DNA from: Eledone cirrhosa | Taxonomy: Eukaryota | Length of the DNA stretch: 64,000 nucleotides | NCBI GenBank assembly: GCA_964016885.1 | Contig: OZ024743.1 | Location: 97,402,001 to 97,466,000, forward strand | Direction: 5' to 3' | Part shown: piece after piece, positions 26,316 through 40,499 of the stretch | Layout of the letters: the number at the start of each line of letters is the position of its first letter | Numbering within the stretch: position 1 is the first letter of the stretch | The notes under the pieces: model-generated | Told to the model about the DNA's origin: nothing | Database searches by the model: none | The model's input: only the letters and a program-made list of their open reading frames with translations | Program-made: the position numbers and the translations under genes

Positions 26316-28295
26316 AATGATAATAATAAGGGCTTAGATTGATATCCAATGATTTCGATCTCGTTGTTCTCAATTTGATCAACACGTTCAAGCATAGGAG
26401 TAATTCTAATACAGCATTTCCAACCAGAAACCTAAGATACAAAACAGTGCAACTATTGTATCGACAGATTAACATATGAAAACGTTAAAGTTCTGAGTTT
26501 TGTAACTAGATAAAGAAAATCCTATCTCGTACAATCTGTACACTGGAAATGTTGTAGAAACGTATTTGGCGAATTGTAGAATCAAGTTAAACACTTTTTA
26601 GTATGGAATCAGTTGAGGCACCTGAGAGTAATACTGGATATATGAGCAAAGAACAAAAACTTAGCCATTAGTATAACAAGGTAATAGTTGCATTGTTGGG
26701 GTGTTTACACCTACTATGTGGTTTCTGTTAGGATTACATGGATAACAACAGAAAAATCTTATTTTGGTGTCGGTTTTATGAGATTGGAAGTATACAATCT
26801 TCTTTCGTCATTTATAATAGCACGTCTTAAACACTGAATATTGTAAGGAAGGCAGGGTCTATGCAGTTAAAATGATGAGGGACAAAAACCAGAAAATTCA
26901 CTTATAGAATTAATGTTGTTATAGAAAGCGATTCTCTCAGATGGTACCAAAATTTTGATATTATAATGGAGGTCCTGGTGGTATAGTGATGGCTGTATTT
27001 TGTATGGTGGAGTTGTCGGTTGCGGTAGTAGTGACGGTGGTGGAAATTGTACCGTTTATCTGATTATTATTTTGTAATGTGGCCATGTCCATAAATCAGA
27101 AATCATTATTTGGTAATGTTTTTGTTTAATCCTTTCTGTTTGTGTAGATTTATGATGAAAGATTTTCTAGTCTTTCACAATGCTTCTTTCCATGGGCATT
27201 GCATACCTAAGAATACATATTTGAATATATCACTCTTTATCAAGATAGTAGAGTTTTGTGCATTTCTGTACATTCAGTATTCCTTAAAATGGTTTAGGAG
27301 TGTGTTTTATATATATCTCTACTCATATGTACAGGGGGAATATGCAAAATCATAATAGACGTAAAATTCATGTCCCTAACACAGGATGGATCTTTAAGTA
27401 TCTTTGCAATCTATGATAAATACATGTGAATTATACAAGGTTTACAGGCATATAATGTTCATGATGCACTTATATGTAGCAAAACATTAAAAATAAAGAT
27501 CTTGAGAGAAGCAACCCTCTGCCACTCAAGAATGTAGGTCCACGGCAACAGACAAAATAGCTTCGCTCTACTTTGGCCGTCATATATATACGCCTCATAT
27601 CAAATTACACTTATAATCGTTGTCGACTATGTCAATTAGAATCAATCAACGGAATTATATTATCGTTCAAGTTGTTGAGTATTCCACAGACACGTGTATT
27701 CTTAAGGTAACCCTGAAATAAAATAAAAAAGGGAGTTAGAGGCAGTTTACATTTAACGGTATATCTGTACCGTTTATGTCTTTGTATACGGTATATCACA
27801 GTGGTACAGGAAATCTCAAGGACATGAGAGATGAAATTTGACCAAGAGGTTTCACTCTAGGATCGATCCAGCGTCCTATGAAAATTGCTTAATATTTAAT
27901 AGACAGTTTCTTACCGACACACAAATATCATATATAGCTTCAACTGAGCCCGCATAATTGGAATCATATTGTAAGATAGATCGTAAATTCAGACAAATGT
28001 TGGAACCAGTTTGATGTGGTATATATTCTTTCTAACAGCTTGTTAAATTGAGTGGATATAGAATAAAGGATTTTATCTTCCTAGAAACATTGAGAAACAA
28101 CAGCTGCCGATGTCAACCCTCGATATACGAATAGGTCATAACGATCAGGATATACAGGATCTTACATGCAAATGTGAATTCTATAAAACATAAACTTTTA
28201 AGCTTTTAATTTTGTGATAGTTATGAATCCAGACGCACCCAGTCTCTGCCTCTTTCTTTCCCTCTGACACACACACACACAGACACACATACACT

Positions 28296-28397
<102 letters not shown>

Positions 28398-28710
28398 TGT
28401 TTATTTCGATGTATACATAGACAATTAAAGATGTATCCATTCTTATGTAAGCGTTTTTATGCTGTACATGCACCATAATATATATATATATATGCAAAGG
28501 TTAACAGATATAGCAAAGCAAATGACACGATACAATGATGAAATATGATAGTTCAACGCTTGATATAGTAGGAAAGGAATCCTAACGTATCGGGCACTAA
28601 TCATTCATCAATGAAAGATGAAATAGAATGATAGATATTGAGAAGAGAAAGGAACAGAATACACGTGTGTATTTAGTCAGCCATTTTGGAAAAAATAAAC
28701 ATCACAAACA

Positions 28711-28791
<81 letters not shown>

Positions 28792-28794
28792 GTG

Positions 28795-29125
28795 ATGTTT
28801 GTGGGACGGACCTCCATCGATTTCGGCGAATAGCGTTCCATTTGTTTCAGGAACTGAACTGCCTACTCATGTAATTAACGTGCAGGTGGCTAAGCATTCC
28901 CTAAATGCGCGTTCCCGCCAACGTAACAGAACACATAAACAGGTTATTTTAATTACAGGTAGAATCCATCCGTCGAGCTTTCAAACAAATTCTATCAACC
29001 TAATTTCACTCACAAGGTATGAGTTTGTTTGCGAGTATGAGAAATGATACAGGCCTAGGAAGCCACGCTATGAAATCGATTCGTAGATTTTGAGATCGTG
29101 AAACAATTTCTTAACTCTTCGATAT
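28795..29125 (-). mobile_element. Decayed octopus-type SINE
   Basis: GTAATTAACGTGCAGGTGGCT.AGCA segment related to 27650-27710 and the reverse complement of 2610-2670; decayed tRNA-like head near 29075-29120. Confidence 0.45.
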
Positions 29126-29380
29126 AACTGTCTAGTGCTTAGGAGTATGTTACACGTTGAACGATGGCGCAGAAATGATTGCTAAAATGAACAACATGAA
29201 CTCAGCTCCAGGTGTTACACACATATATATATATAAATATATATAAATCACACACACACACATACACACACACACACACACACTCCAGAAATACTTTTTC
29301 CTATTTCCCAATCTACTACCCTAAGTATTGAGTACTCTGGTGCGTTATGGTCCATCGGGTTCCTTACCACAATTCCTTCG

Positions 29381-29415
<35 letters not shown>

Positions 29416-29500
29416 TATATATATATAATACAAGTGGAAGCTTAGTAAAACCGAATATATATATATATATTCATATATATATATATATATATATTCAATA

Positions 29501-29546
<46 letters not shown>

Positions 29547-29699
29547 GGCTCACATACACACATGTATATATATATTAATATTACCTCCAATATTGCTTTT
29601 GTCTTAATATTCTTCGTTTCGTTATTACAAAATGCGATTACATTAAGTGATCCGCTTATATGTGATAGATTAGAAAAGAAAAAAGTTTACAGAAAATCT

Positions 29700-30450
29700 T
29701 AGATGGAGCGTAGTGATAGTTTTCAAGTCTTTAGTATTAGTTGTTCATTTTTCTACTGAACGGACTTATGCCAAAGATATTTGCTTCGTAATTATTTGCC
29801 ACTGTGGTCAATGCTACTGCGTGGCATGTTGGTCATGTATCCTTCCTTTATCATGGTTTCAGTTGAACCCATGTCTTGTGAGTAACATTGTTTTAACGGA
29901 GACTGTTTTGAAGCCCGTTGGATCGACAGTTTCTATAATTTAAGGGGGCTATCTTAATCTCAGCGGCTCTTCAGCAGGAAATAAAAAACAAAGCATTTCA
30001 GCCCTTGATGTTTCAACTTACCAAACAAGTGGCTTGCGTGGCTCAGACGGTTATCTTTTGTCTTTGCAGACATGAATTGAAGTCTCCGCATTAAATATGA
30101 CTTATACCGAATGTCCTCACCCAAAGGTCTTCTGATAGTGTGTCTTGAAACCTTGAGCTACTTATCCTTGGTACTAACTCTGGGGTTCTTATCGATCATT
30201 TTCTGCACTTTTCATACAAACGTAGATATTCTGACGGTGTTGAGGTACCCTAGTGGGCGTTTTAGACTCCCTTTTCACAGATTTGCAGCTCAATTTTGAT
30301 AACAAACAACCATGCAACTTTCAGGAAGTGAGCAATCTCTAAATACACAATGGTATGCCTTTAAGGAAACAATTACAATGTGTCATTTCATTTGCTGAGT
30401 TAACTCTTGATGTTTGGCATCATCTGAAAATAGTTGATAATCAGCACTAG
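29700..30450 (-). mobile_element. Possible very decayed LINE endonuclease region
   Basis: Only a minus-strand GGAGACTTCAAT (GDFN) near 30077-30088 and coding-like composition. Confidence 0.2.
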
Positions 30451-31713
30451 TTAGGAAGAAATTAAAGCTTTTACAAATTTGACTTCAAGGAACTGTGAGA
30501 ACCTGAATATGATTTTTCCTAGTAAAATACTGAACTCATGCTAACCAGACTCGTCCCCTTTTCTCACCATGTTTATACTTTTCTCTCACCAAGCTGACTT
30601 ATTCCCTATTTTCTCATACCTCTTTTCATATGTCTTGCCACCAACTGACTTATTCCCTATTTTTTCATACCTCTTGCCTCCCACTCTCTCTGCTCCTATT
30701 ACGATAAATTCGACAATTATATATTTTGGATATAATGTGTTTATCCGACATGAAACACAAACAGATTAATAATAAAATTAATAAGATCAATATCAGAACC
30801 TGGTTCAGGACATCGGTTCGTTGAGTGCGTATCAACTAATTTGTAATTTCGATGTTACGTTTGGCTTTTAGAAGGTCGTATCGTTACAACTGTAAAGTGC
30901 AGGAGAACAGTCGTAACTTAATCCCTCTAACGTGTCAGCTTGTCATTCTTACCAATCGATAAAATATGTGACATCCACATATTTTGGTTGATTCCTGGAT
31001 TAAGTCTGTCCATGTAGATGTATAGTCATGTGCCAGTGTCAAAAATCAATGTTGGTTCCTTCAGGTAGAGTGGTCATACTTGTAGGGGTTTATAAATAGT
31101 AGATTGAAAGAACCAAATGTATTTTCGGTTATTACCATCATCCGACAGCTGATTAACGTAGGGAGGTTTATATTCAGAATAATGGAAACATGTTATAAAA
31201 AGTATGTCTACCTCTTCCGATGTAAACATGTATGTCATGCTGCGAACATTTGTGTCGAAAACGTGACTTGATGTTTCTATAATTAGGGATCGATTAAATA
31301 AATACTGAGTTCAATATGATCCATTAAAACACATTGATGCAATGCCCCAGTATGTTCGCAATACGTTCCGCCTGTATGATCGCTATTTGATGTAAATATT
31401 AGACCATAGGTAAATGTCTGAACGACATCTGGAGAACTGAGGTTAATAGTTAATAGATGAGCTGAAATGATAATGGTATGTAATCTACTAATTTCAATTA
31501 AAATTCTTTTGAAGTATATGACATTTCATTTACACCAAACCAGATCGATATTTCTATAATTGCCAAACTAAAAACAAAAGTAAATATTAGTCACGCAGTT
31601 GTATATAGTTGTTGTCATATTTGTTAACCTTGTTGTTTTACCATATGTCAGACTTAATGAAAGATTTTCCAGCCAAGACCATCCCATCCGATTGTTGGTT
31701 TTTATTATATATA

Positions 31714-32175
31714 CTAGCAGAAACACCAGCCTTCGCGCGGTTTTCTGCTAGCATGTGTAGTGTGTATAATGATATTATACGCTAGTATATATACATGTAG
31801 ATATGATACATCAAATAAAATCGTGATTGACAATATACACAGAAATTGAACGAAAACTGCGTTACATTGTCTAATGTAATCAGTAGCGTAATCCATGATA
31901 CATTAAAAAAAGACGATATTATATAGAAACTGCATTAGGAGAAAATTAGTGACGAAAATATATGAATGTTTATTTAAGCGATCGCTAACCGGAAGTGTTA
32001 ACATTTGAGAATTTCAAAGAAGTGAATCTTAAAATAAGCAACAAAATTATTTACATTTAATCAAGAATAACGAAATTTAATAGATAATTTATGTAATATT
32101 CATTCATTATTTATTCAAAGTAATCCAACTTATTTTACAAACGGGATAAAAAAATATACTTTATTATAGTTTAGA
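31714..32175 (-). mobile_element. Non-autonomous Helitron
   Basis: Minus strand A|TCTAAACTATAATAAAG start and hairpin + CTAG|T end; second copy at 39223-39688 with the same ends. Confidence 0.8.
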
Positions 32176-33025
32176 TAGTACATGTAGCACTACATTATCA
32201 AATGTGTACTCCAGCCTGATGCCAGTGACATTCCAAGCAGAAGTAGTATCCCATTCATTCGGAACAAACTCTAACATTTTAAATTCATGAAGAACAAATG
32301 TTTCTAAGATGGCATTTCACAATCTGTGACTTTTTGCAGACGTTAATTTGTGATTTGAGCACTATATGTGGTAGACTGGGAAACTGTCTAGGAGTGGCCT
32401 CCTTCGTGACATTAACTGACTGTAATAGAAGTTGCTACAGGACACACGAAATATGCTGTTTTGACAAGGAAAGAAACACGTGGTATCCAAAGTTCAAGAC
32501 AAATACTAAATAAGAAGAAAGAACATAACTGATCATCGGATTGGACCAATGATCAACATCTCTCTTGATCATTGCAAAGGACAACTCCTTACTAAGTCAA
32601 AATAATGAATTCAACTGATTTTTAACAACATTAATAGTGATTTCTATACTTTCTTAACTTTCCTTTTCCCACACTCACATAATACGGTACACCTTCTATA
32701 CTACTTCACTTTATATCATAATAAGTATTAAAATCTCTATATTAGATACGACCTCATAATACCATGCATCTGCCATATTGTACACAGAATTACATATGAA
32801 AGCCTATATTGCCATTTTAAGTTTACATATTCGACTTACTTCCCTTTGTTACACTAGGTTTTCATAAAGAAGTGTTTACCACACTATATTCTTAATGGTA
32901 TCTTCAAAGTTGTGGAAGCGCTTGATAACTAGGTCACGATTTTGATCGTTTTTACAATCTGGGGAGATGGTCCAATTGGGCCTCAAAACCTTAGATAGGG
33001 CTTTTTTTCCGTGTATGAACATAAG

Positions 33026-33072
<47 letters not shown>

Positions 33073-33210
33073 TTTTGAGTATATGTTGGTTGTATATGAT
33101 TCCAGTTCCTCAATGAAATAACAACCCAACCAGGAACTGGGCATATCAGAGTATTGACAATATTATACACCTCAACAACATATGTACTTGTCTATACCAC
33201 ACTAATTCGG

Positions 33211-33265
33211 ACTGCCTGAAGAGGTCACAGCCAAAGATGGCTGTCACTGAAATATATCTAGCAGT
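33211..33265 (+). ncRNA. Type-I hammerhead ribozyme with long stem II
   Basis: ACTGC-CTGAAGA-GGTCACAGCCA AAGA TGGCTGTCACT-GAAA-TATATC-TA-GCAGT, followed by an AT-rich tail and (TA)n. Confidence 0.85.
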
Positions 33266-33719
33266 AATAAACGAAGCTAAATTTTAAACATTTGACTTTT
33301 TATTTAACTTTATTTTATATATATATATATATATTTCTCCAGAATGAAACAGTTCTGATCCTGTAGAAGCCATTTCTATATTAAATATATATACATACAT
33401 ATATACAATGATATTAAATAAAAGGAAACAAATATTTATAAAACCATATTTATTTTATTATATATATTTCAAGAGTACCAAGACACATCGGATAAAATAC
33501 AAAGTTTGTTTTATAAATAGAGACATACCTATGAAAATCATACCTTATCGGTTGGATAATCACTGTATAGTGAATATTTACTCCAGTAAAATGTTGAGTG
33601 CTCTAAATCAGTTATAAACATTTATATTTGTCGGACTTCCAGCAAATTAAATACCCCTTCTACTTATATATATATATATATATATAATTTTAGTCATTAT
33701 TATCATCATTATTATTATA

Positions 33720-34655
33720 ATGCCTCGCTATTTGATCTTTACGTAACAGCTATTATGTCATCAGTTTCGCTCTAACATGGTTCTTCAGGTAACATTTGAT
33801 AACATATATAACCACACCTTTATATATACATTCCTGATAAAATCTTCTAACAATTAATCAATATTCATTTTGTTTTAATTCATTGGATTACTTCATTTGT
33901 TTATTTACCGTTGTCCCATCACTTTGATGAAAGATCTTCCTTTCTAGGGAATAATGTTAAACATTACCATCTGAAGTTATCCATTTGTTTTTCACTTAAT
34001 CCAAATGTTATTGTTTTTTTCTATTTTGTTTGTTTGTATACAGAAAATTATCGATACTTCCGTTTTTAGTCCGTAAATAGATCAAAGCTACCAATGAGAA
34101 CCGCCTTAGGTTGTTTTGCTTTTTTGTTTTGTATATTTGTTGACAATGTTTTCATTTTTCGTTTAGGTGTGTACCACTTTCACAAATATATATGAAATTT
34201 ATTACAAATTTCAATTTGTGTTTATTAAATTTTCAAATAGAATCCTACTCTTTAGCGACGTACCAATGCGCCGTTGTATCCAGTTTGGGAATCGATGTTC
34301 AAAGAGGTTTCTCGATTTGTGAGAAATCATAGTCAAAGTGCCTTACCCACTGCCTTAATTAATAAAGTGAACATTGGACAATGTTATTCTATATACGGGG
34401 AAAATAGAGATAGCCTCACACAGATGGTTTTCAATCAAATAGGGCTTCTCAATTAGAATTAACTTAATTCTAAATTGCAGCAATATGCATACAACTGCAT
34501 TGGTATAGTTCTGGAAGTGGTAATTAATGTCTTACTTAATGTCTTGTGTTTGGCAGATTCGATTGTGTTTATGTATATGAACATTATTTGTTTGAATTGA
34601 TGGATAGTCTTGATTGATACCATTTTGTTTGCATTTATCTCAGAGCAATTAATAA
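33720..34655 (-). mobile_element. Possible highly decayed PLE coding remnant
   Basis: Minus-strand KGVVIYVIKC near 33795-33825 resembles the first GIY-YIG motif; bounded by TA runs; no continuous ORF. Confidence 0.2.
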
Positions 34656-35024
34656 TTATGTATATATATATAGTAATAATAATAAATTTGAAGACTAAAA
34701 TCCAAAGAGGGCTCGATAAGGAGAAATATATATCAAATATATAAGAACCGTAGAGCAAATATTTATTAAAATCTGTTATTTAATAAATATATATATATAT
34801 AAATAAAACATCGAAACCGGTAATACTTTATATACTTTATATACATTATAAATCGTTTTTTAAAAAGATTTGTGCCTCTCATTTTTTCAATGTTATCTTT
34901 TCAATAATGTCACTTTGACGAATCAAAAAAGAAAAACAGACCCTTAAATATATTTTCCGTGCTATTTCCAACTTCACCTTCTCTCTATATCCACTGTTTT
35001 GTATAGAACCATACTTCCCTTTTC

Positions 35025-35084
<60 letters not shown>

Positions 35085-35467
35085 AGGCGAGTAGAATTAG
35101 AGATTAATTCAAAAATTATCGCTACTAGACCATTCAAGAACATCTTGCAGTTTCTTGTGGCAGTTGAACAAGATTATAAACCTGTCCATTACTGTTTATA
35201 GAAAGTCCATATTAGTGTGGTGTAGTTCCACACACGTGTTATAGCCGACTGAACAGATTTAATCAAACAAGATAACAACACAAACAGATGTGATTCTCTA
35301 AGCAGGTAGAAAGCAATTATTCTCTCACCGTTTTATTTTTAAAATGCACCAAAAAATTTATTTCCATAATTGGGGTTATTACACGCGCATATATATATAT
35401 ATATATATATATCCAGGGAGATTTACTTTTCTAATATATATATATCTATATATATATATATATATAT

Positions 35468-35804
35468 TAGAAAGTGAGGTTTTTTTTACAAAATGAAAAA
35501 TAACCGAGGTGTCCTACACGAGTGAAAGTATAAAGAAAAAAAGATGAAATCGAAAATGCAACTGGAGTCTTATTTTTTTTAAAAATATATATATTTATTT
35601 GGTTCTTTTACCGGTTTCGCAGTTCTTCTGCTTTTCAAAAGGTGAGTTGAGATGGAGGGTCTGTGGTTTTTCTCAGACCCTCCATCTCAACTCACCTTTT
35701 GAAAAGCAGAAGAACTGCGAAACCGGTAAAGGAACCAAATAAATATATATATTTTTTTTAAAAATAAGACTCCAGTTGCATTTTCGATTTCATCTCTTTT
35801 TCTT

Positions 35805-35808
<4 letters not shown>
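35468..35808. mobile_element. Family E fold-back element
   Basis: Inverted arms join at ~35674; GAAA-CCGG-TA in both arms; the left arm has a ~60 bp extra tail. Confidence 0.8.
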
Positions 35809-35860
<52 letters not shown>

Positions 35861-35864
<4 letters not shown>

Positions 35865-36157
35865 AAAAAGTATGGCCCCCACGGCAGAGCCAAGCCGTTT
35901 CGACGGCTATTTCTTGACTAAAAAATAGCCGTCGAAACGGCTTGAGCTCTGACGTGAGGGGTCATACTTTTTCCTATTTCCCACTCTACTACCCTAAGTA
36001 TTGAGTACTCTGGTGCGTTATGGTCCATCTGGTTCCTTACCACAATTCCTTCGTTATATATATATATATATATATATATATAGCGAGGGAAAAGTGGTAA
36101 GGAACCAGGTGGACCACAACGCACCAAAGTACTCAATACTTAGGGTAGTAGAGTGGG

Positions 36158-36160
<3 letters not shown>
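35861..36160. mobile_element. Family B fold-back (35861-36054) plus an inverted tail-only copy (36083-36160)
   Basis: Identity to the other family B copies. Confidence 0.8.
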
Positions 36161-36251
<91 letters not shown>

Positions 36252-36460
36252 ATTGTTATACTTGGGGAGGGTCATATTTGTGTAATATTGCCAGAATTAA
36301 TAACAGAACACACTCACTGTTTGGTTGGTTTTCGCTTTTCGCTTCTGTGTCTTTTATATCGGTAATCTAATATACTCGGTCCTCAATGTTGCCATTGACT
36401 GACCGACGGTCAAAAATAATACAGATACAATATAGACACAAACACATATATATAGTTTCT

Positions 36461-36498
36461 CATACATCTTTCGTTGCACATCTGCAACATCGTCAGTG
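36461..36498 (-). ncRNA. Hammerhead ribozyme in the PLE 3' region
   Basis: CA-CTGACGA-T-GTTGCA GATG TGCAAC-GAAA-GATG-TA-TG; stem I is only 2 bp. Confidence 0.7.
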
Positions 36499-36753
36499 GT
36501 GCTATTGTTTCCTCCTGTTGAATTGTATGGCTACGCCATTTTTATTCAGTCTCTCTATATATTTATTTATTTGCTTGTTTGTTTATTTTATTTTGTATTC
36601 TTTGCGCATGCGTTTGCGTGTGGTATAGTGTTTTGTTTGATGTGTGATGTGTGTTCGTGATTGGGTGACTAATGTGTGTTTATGTGTTTGTTGTTATTGT
36701 GCTTGTGTATGTATTTATTTATTTATTTATTTTATTTTATTTTATTTACTTAT

Positions 36754-38061
36754 TTATACTTCTCTTAGGTCAGTGTTGTTTGTTTGGGTGTTGTTGTTAT
36801 TCCATTCATTCTTTCTGTTTAGTCTTGGTCTTCTAAGTTCTATTTCACTGGCCTCTGTGATTGTCCTATCTGCTGGGTCATTTCTATGTTTAGATATTAT
36901 TCTAATTTCTATGTTGTCTATGTTACCGCCATGTTGTTGTCTGGCATGTTCGTATAGTACTGACCCGTTTTTTCGTCCTTTTAGTTCCCCCCAGTGTTGG
37001 TCTATCCTTTCACCTATGCTACGAGCTGTCTCACCTATGTATGTTGTTGTCATGTTTCTGCAGGTACCCTCTCTACATCTTATGCTATAGACTACGTTTC
37101 TAGTTTTACAGTTTATCCTGGGCTTTACCTTACATATGATACATTTGCTATTGGTACAGTGGGTTTTCTTAAAAGGGTAGGTTTTGCTGATCAGGGATTT
37201 TATGGTGGTTCCTGGCTTTTCTACCACCTTAATTTTTAAGTGGGACTTTCTCAGGGCCTTTCTATACTGGTTAGCTAATTTCCCTCCAGGGGTAGCGTCC
37301 ACAAACATGACACTCTGGTATCTCTGGTTGTCGTACCATGAGGTGGCTTTCCCTATCTTATGTCTAGCCCTATCTAAGCTATTCCATGATTTGTTCCTGT
37401 ATAATGGGCAAATTCCTTTCATGTCCAGTTCTATGAGGGTCTTATACTTCTCCATGGCTCCTTCGTATACTCTGACTCTGTCTCTTTGGTTGTAGCCAGA
37501 GAACTGCATGCGGTTGATGAAGTGTTCGATGTGTCTTTCCATTTCTGTTGGGTCGCACATGCGGGACGCATTCTTCATCACTCGTACCAAATCTGCGATC
37601 AGAATATTAAACTTAGCACTACTGGACATTGCTGAGTTTTTGAGTATCAGCTATTTGGAGGCCATGGGTTTAGCATAGTGTGAGTGGGGAATTTGGGCTC
37701 TCTCGTCTATAGTGTTAATCCAGAGTTCTGTGTCTAATACAGGTAGTCTATTGTTAGGGTGTTTGGAAGGGAAGTCGATAGTTACAGTTATACTCTGGTG
37801 TATAGAATTAGCTATCTGCTGGATGCTTTCCATTGTGCTACGTTCTAAATAAAACTTGTTAGTGCTCTCTAGTGGGGATGTTCTTATAACTATATTGATA
37901 TCGTCTACATAACGAGAGTACATAATGAGGTCTATGGAGCTCTCATTAAGGAGATCTTTAAGTCTCCTTTCCCACCATACCATGAAAAGGTTGGCAACAT
38001 CACCAGCTATGCTGACGCCAATGGCTGCTCCTTCATTTTGGGTGTAGATCTTCTCGTTGAA

Positions 38062-38064
<3 letters not shown>
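36754..38064 (-). pseudogene. PLE RT C-half + GIY-YIG endonuclease with a single in-frame TAG
   Basis: [52 protein letters not shown]; stop at 37651-37653. Confidence 0.92.
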
Positions 38065-38122
<58 letters not shown>

Positions 38123-38187
38123 ATTACCCATTATATAAAACACATGGCAAAATGGTATATACCTTCCTATGTTCTAGGAGTCAGCCA

Positions 38188-38238
<51 letters not shown>

Positions 38239-38239
38239 A

Positions 38240-38318
38240 TACAGGGTGTCCCCCAAAAATGTACATCCTCCAACACGATTCTAATAAATATGTATATACA
38301 ATTTTGGGGACACCCCAT
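38240..38318. mobile_element. Tiny Tc1/mariner-like MITE
   Basis: TA|CAGGGTGTCCCCCAAAA ... TTTTGGGGACACCC terminal inverted repeats. Confidence 0.6.
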
Positions 38319-38478
38319 ATATAAATATATTAAAAAAAACGAGGTAATTTCGTTTACATATAAACAATACTTATTGCGTTTCGCAGAGGATTGGCTGAAG
38401 GTGATCCAAAGGAGTTATTGACCCGTATCCACTTGGAATGTGACAAAAAAATATATATATATTTTTTTTTTTAAGTGG

Positions 38479-38578
<100 letters not shown>

Positions 38579-38677
38579 TGTGGGTAGTAACGTGAATTAC
38601 TGATGTTGGTACCAAATCAAGCACTGTATGCACAGACAGAATGTATATGATAGAAAAAAATTATTTATAGTGTATCG

Positions 38678-38769
38678 ACCTGTTACGCGCGTTTCACGGA
38701 GGATAGGCTCAAGGTGACCCATAGGAGTTATGGACCCGATTCCAGTATCGATCTGCTCGACAGACAGGT
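38678..38769 (-). ncRNA. Hammerhead-like motif with a large stem II insert
   Basis: ACCTGT-CTGTCGA-GCA..CGT-GAAA-CGCGCG-TA-ACAGGT; the relative at 56541-56628 reads CTAACGA, implying consensus CTGACGA; partial copy at 38370-38430. Confidence 0.65.
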
Positions 38770-38894
38770 GATGCGACTATATATATAAATTATTTATATA
38801 TATATATATATATTGCCACTTAAAAAAAAAGAATTATATGTGAACCTAATAAACCTTTATTTGTCTGCCTCTCGTTTTGTCCCGTATGAATTTG

Positions 38895-39029
<135 letters not shown>

Positions 39030-39222
39030 GTATATTTGGCTACATACTGTATGTTTAATTAAAAACATCTAGAAGACCATACACTATCGGTTTTAAAGTA
39101 GTGACTATGTCACTTACTTCTTTTCGGCGAAAGAAGGGGGAGAAGCTAACAGTCTGTTTCTCGCTGGTTGGCGATCATCAGACCCACGCACACGCATGCC
39201 CTGTGTTGTAAAATTGTGTAAA

Positions 39223-39688
39223 CTAGCAGAAAAACCACCCTTAGGGTGGTTTTCTGCTAGCTTGTGTGGTGTGTATATTGATATTATACGAAGGTATATA
39301 TACATGTAGATATGATAAATGAAATAAAATCGTAATTGACAATATATATAATACATAGAAATTGAATAAAGACTGCGTTACACTGTCGTATTTAATCAGT
39401 AACGTAATCCATTATACATTAAAAAAGACGATATTATATATTAACTGTATTGGGAGAAAATTAGTATGTTTATTTAATCGATGGCCAAACGGAAGTGTTG
39501 ACATTTCAGAAATTTTAAAGAAGTGCATCTTTTAATAAACAAAATATATTTAATCAACAGCCACGAAATTTAGTAGATAAATTATGTAATATTCATTCAT
39601 TATTTATTCAAATTACTCCAACTTATTTTACAAACGGGATAAAAAAAGAAAGAAACCGTACGCAATCCTTCCTTTATTATAGTTTAGA
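39223..39688 (-). mobile_element. Non-autonomous Helitron (second copy)
   Basis: Collinear with 31714-32175; TC and CTAG ends inserted between A and T. Confidence 0.8.
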
Positions 39689-40449
39689 TTGTTATTTTTT
39701 TAGATGTTTATTGTATATATTGATCGTTTTATTTGCGTCAACTATATTTTGGAAGTTTATCGGAGGGACTGAACTTCTAATTGTGTCTTCAAGTGTCGGC
39801 TTTGTCAGATACTGTGTGAGGTACTGTGTAGATAGTGTGTGAAGTACTGTGTAACTTAGAATCTTCTTGAGAATTATGTTAATGGCACACGTATTTGTCG
39901 AATGTTCAGCAACATAATTTCATGAGTTGGCTGTTTAGCACAACAATATACTCCGAAACCGAGAGAAGTCTATACTTCTTTCTTCCTGTGCGTTGCTTTC
40001 TCTAATAGCAGAAAATAGTCAATTGTGTTGTGATACATATATATAAGTGTGTCTGTGTGTGTGTGCGTGTATATATAATTATTTCAGTCATATTAAACCA
40101 TAACATAAACAGTTCAATACACAGGCTAAACACCTTACTTCGTAGAGCTCCATTTAGGTGTAATTATCTATAGAATATTAACATAAGCATGTCAACCGAA
40201 AATACATTTTAAAAGAGAAATATAATTTTACCTACAAACATTTGCTTATGACGCTCAGTTTCATTTGACAAGGGAAATTACTGATTAAGATAATCTACCA
40301 ATAAACAAAACGTCAAAATAATATTTAAAGATTGTCTTCAAACATACATCACAACTTTTATGAGAAAAACTCAAGTGAAACTACCCCGTGTTGTTATAAT
40401 GAGCAGGCAGTGTAAAATCATATATATATATATATATATATATGTGTGT

Positions 40450-40499
<50 letters not shown>

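Larger units (their letters stand above)
36251..38064 (-). mobile_element. Second Neptune-like PLE, 5'-truncated, between (TA)n runs
   Basis: RT-thumb and GIY-YIG clearly homologous to 9082-10414; its 3' end resembles the end of the first PLE. Confidence 0.93.

Noticed and set aside
26330-27500. Coding-like stretch, possibly an old retroelement
   Set aside because: No diagnostic motif could be read in any frame
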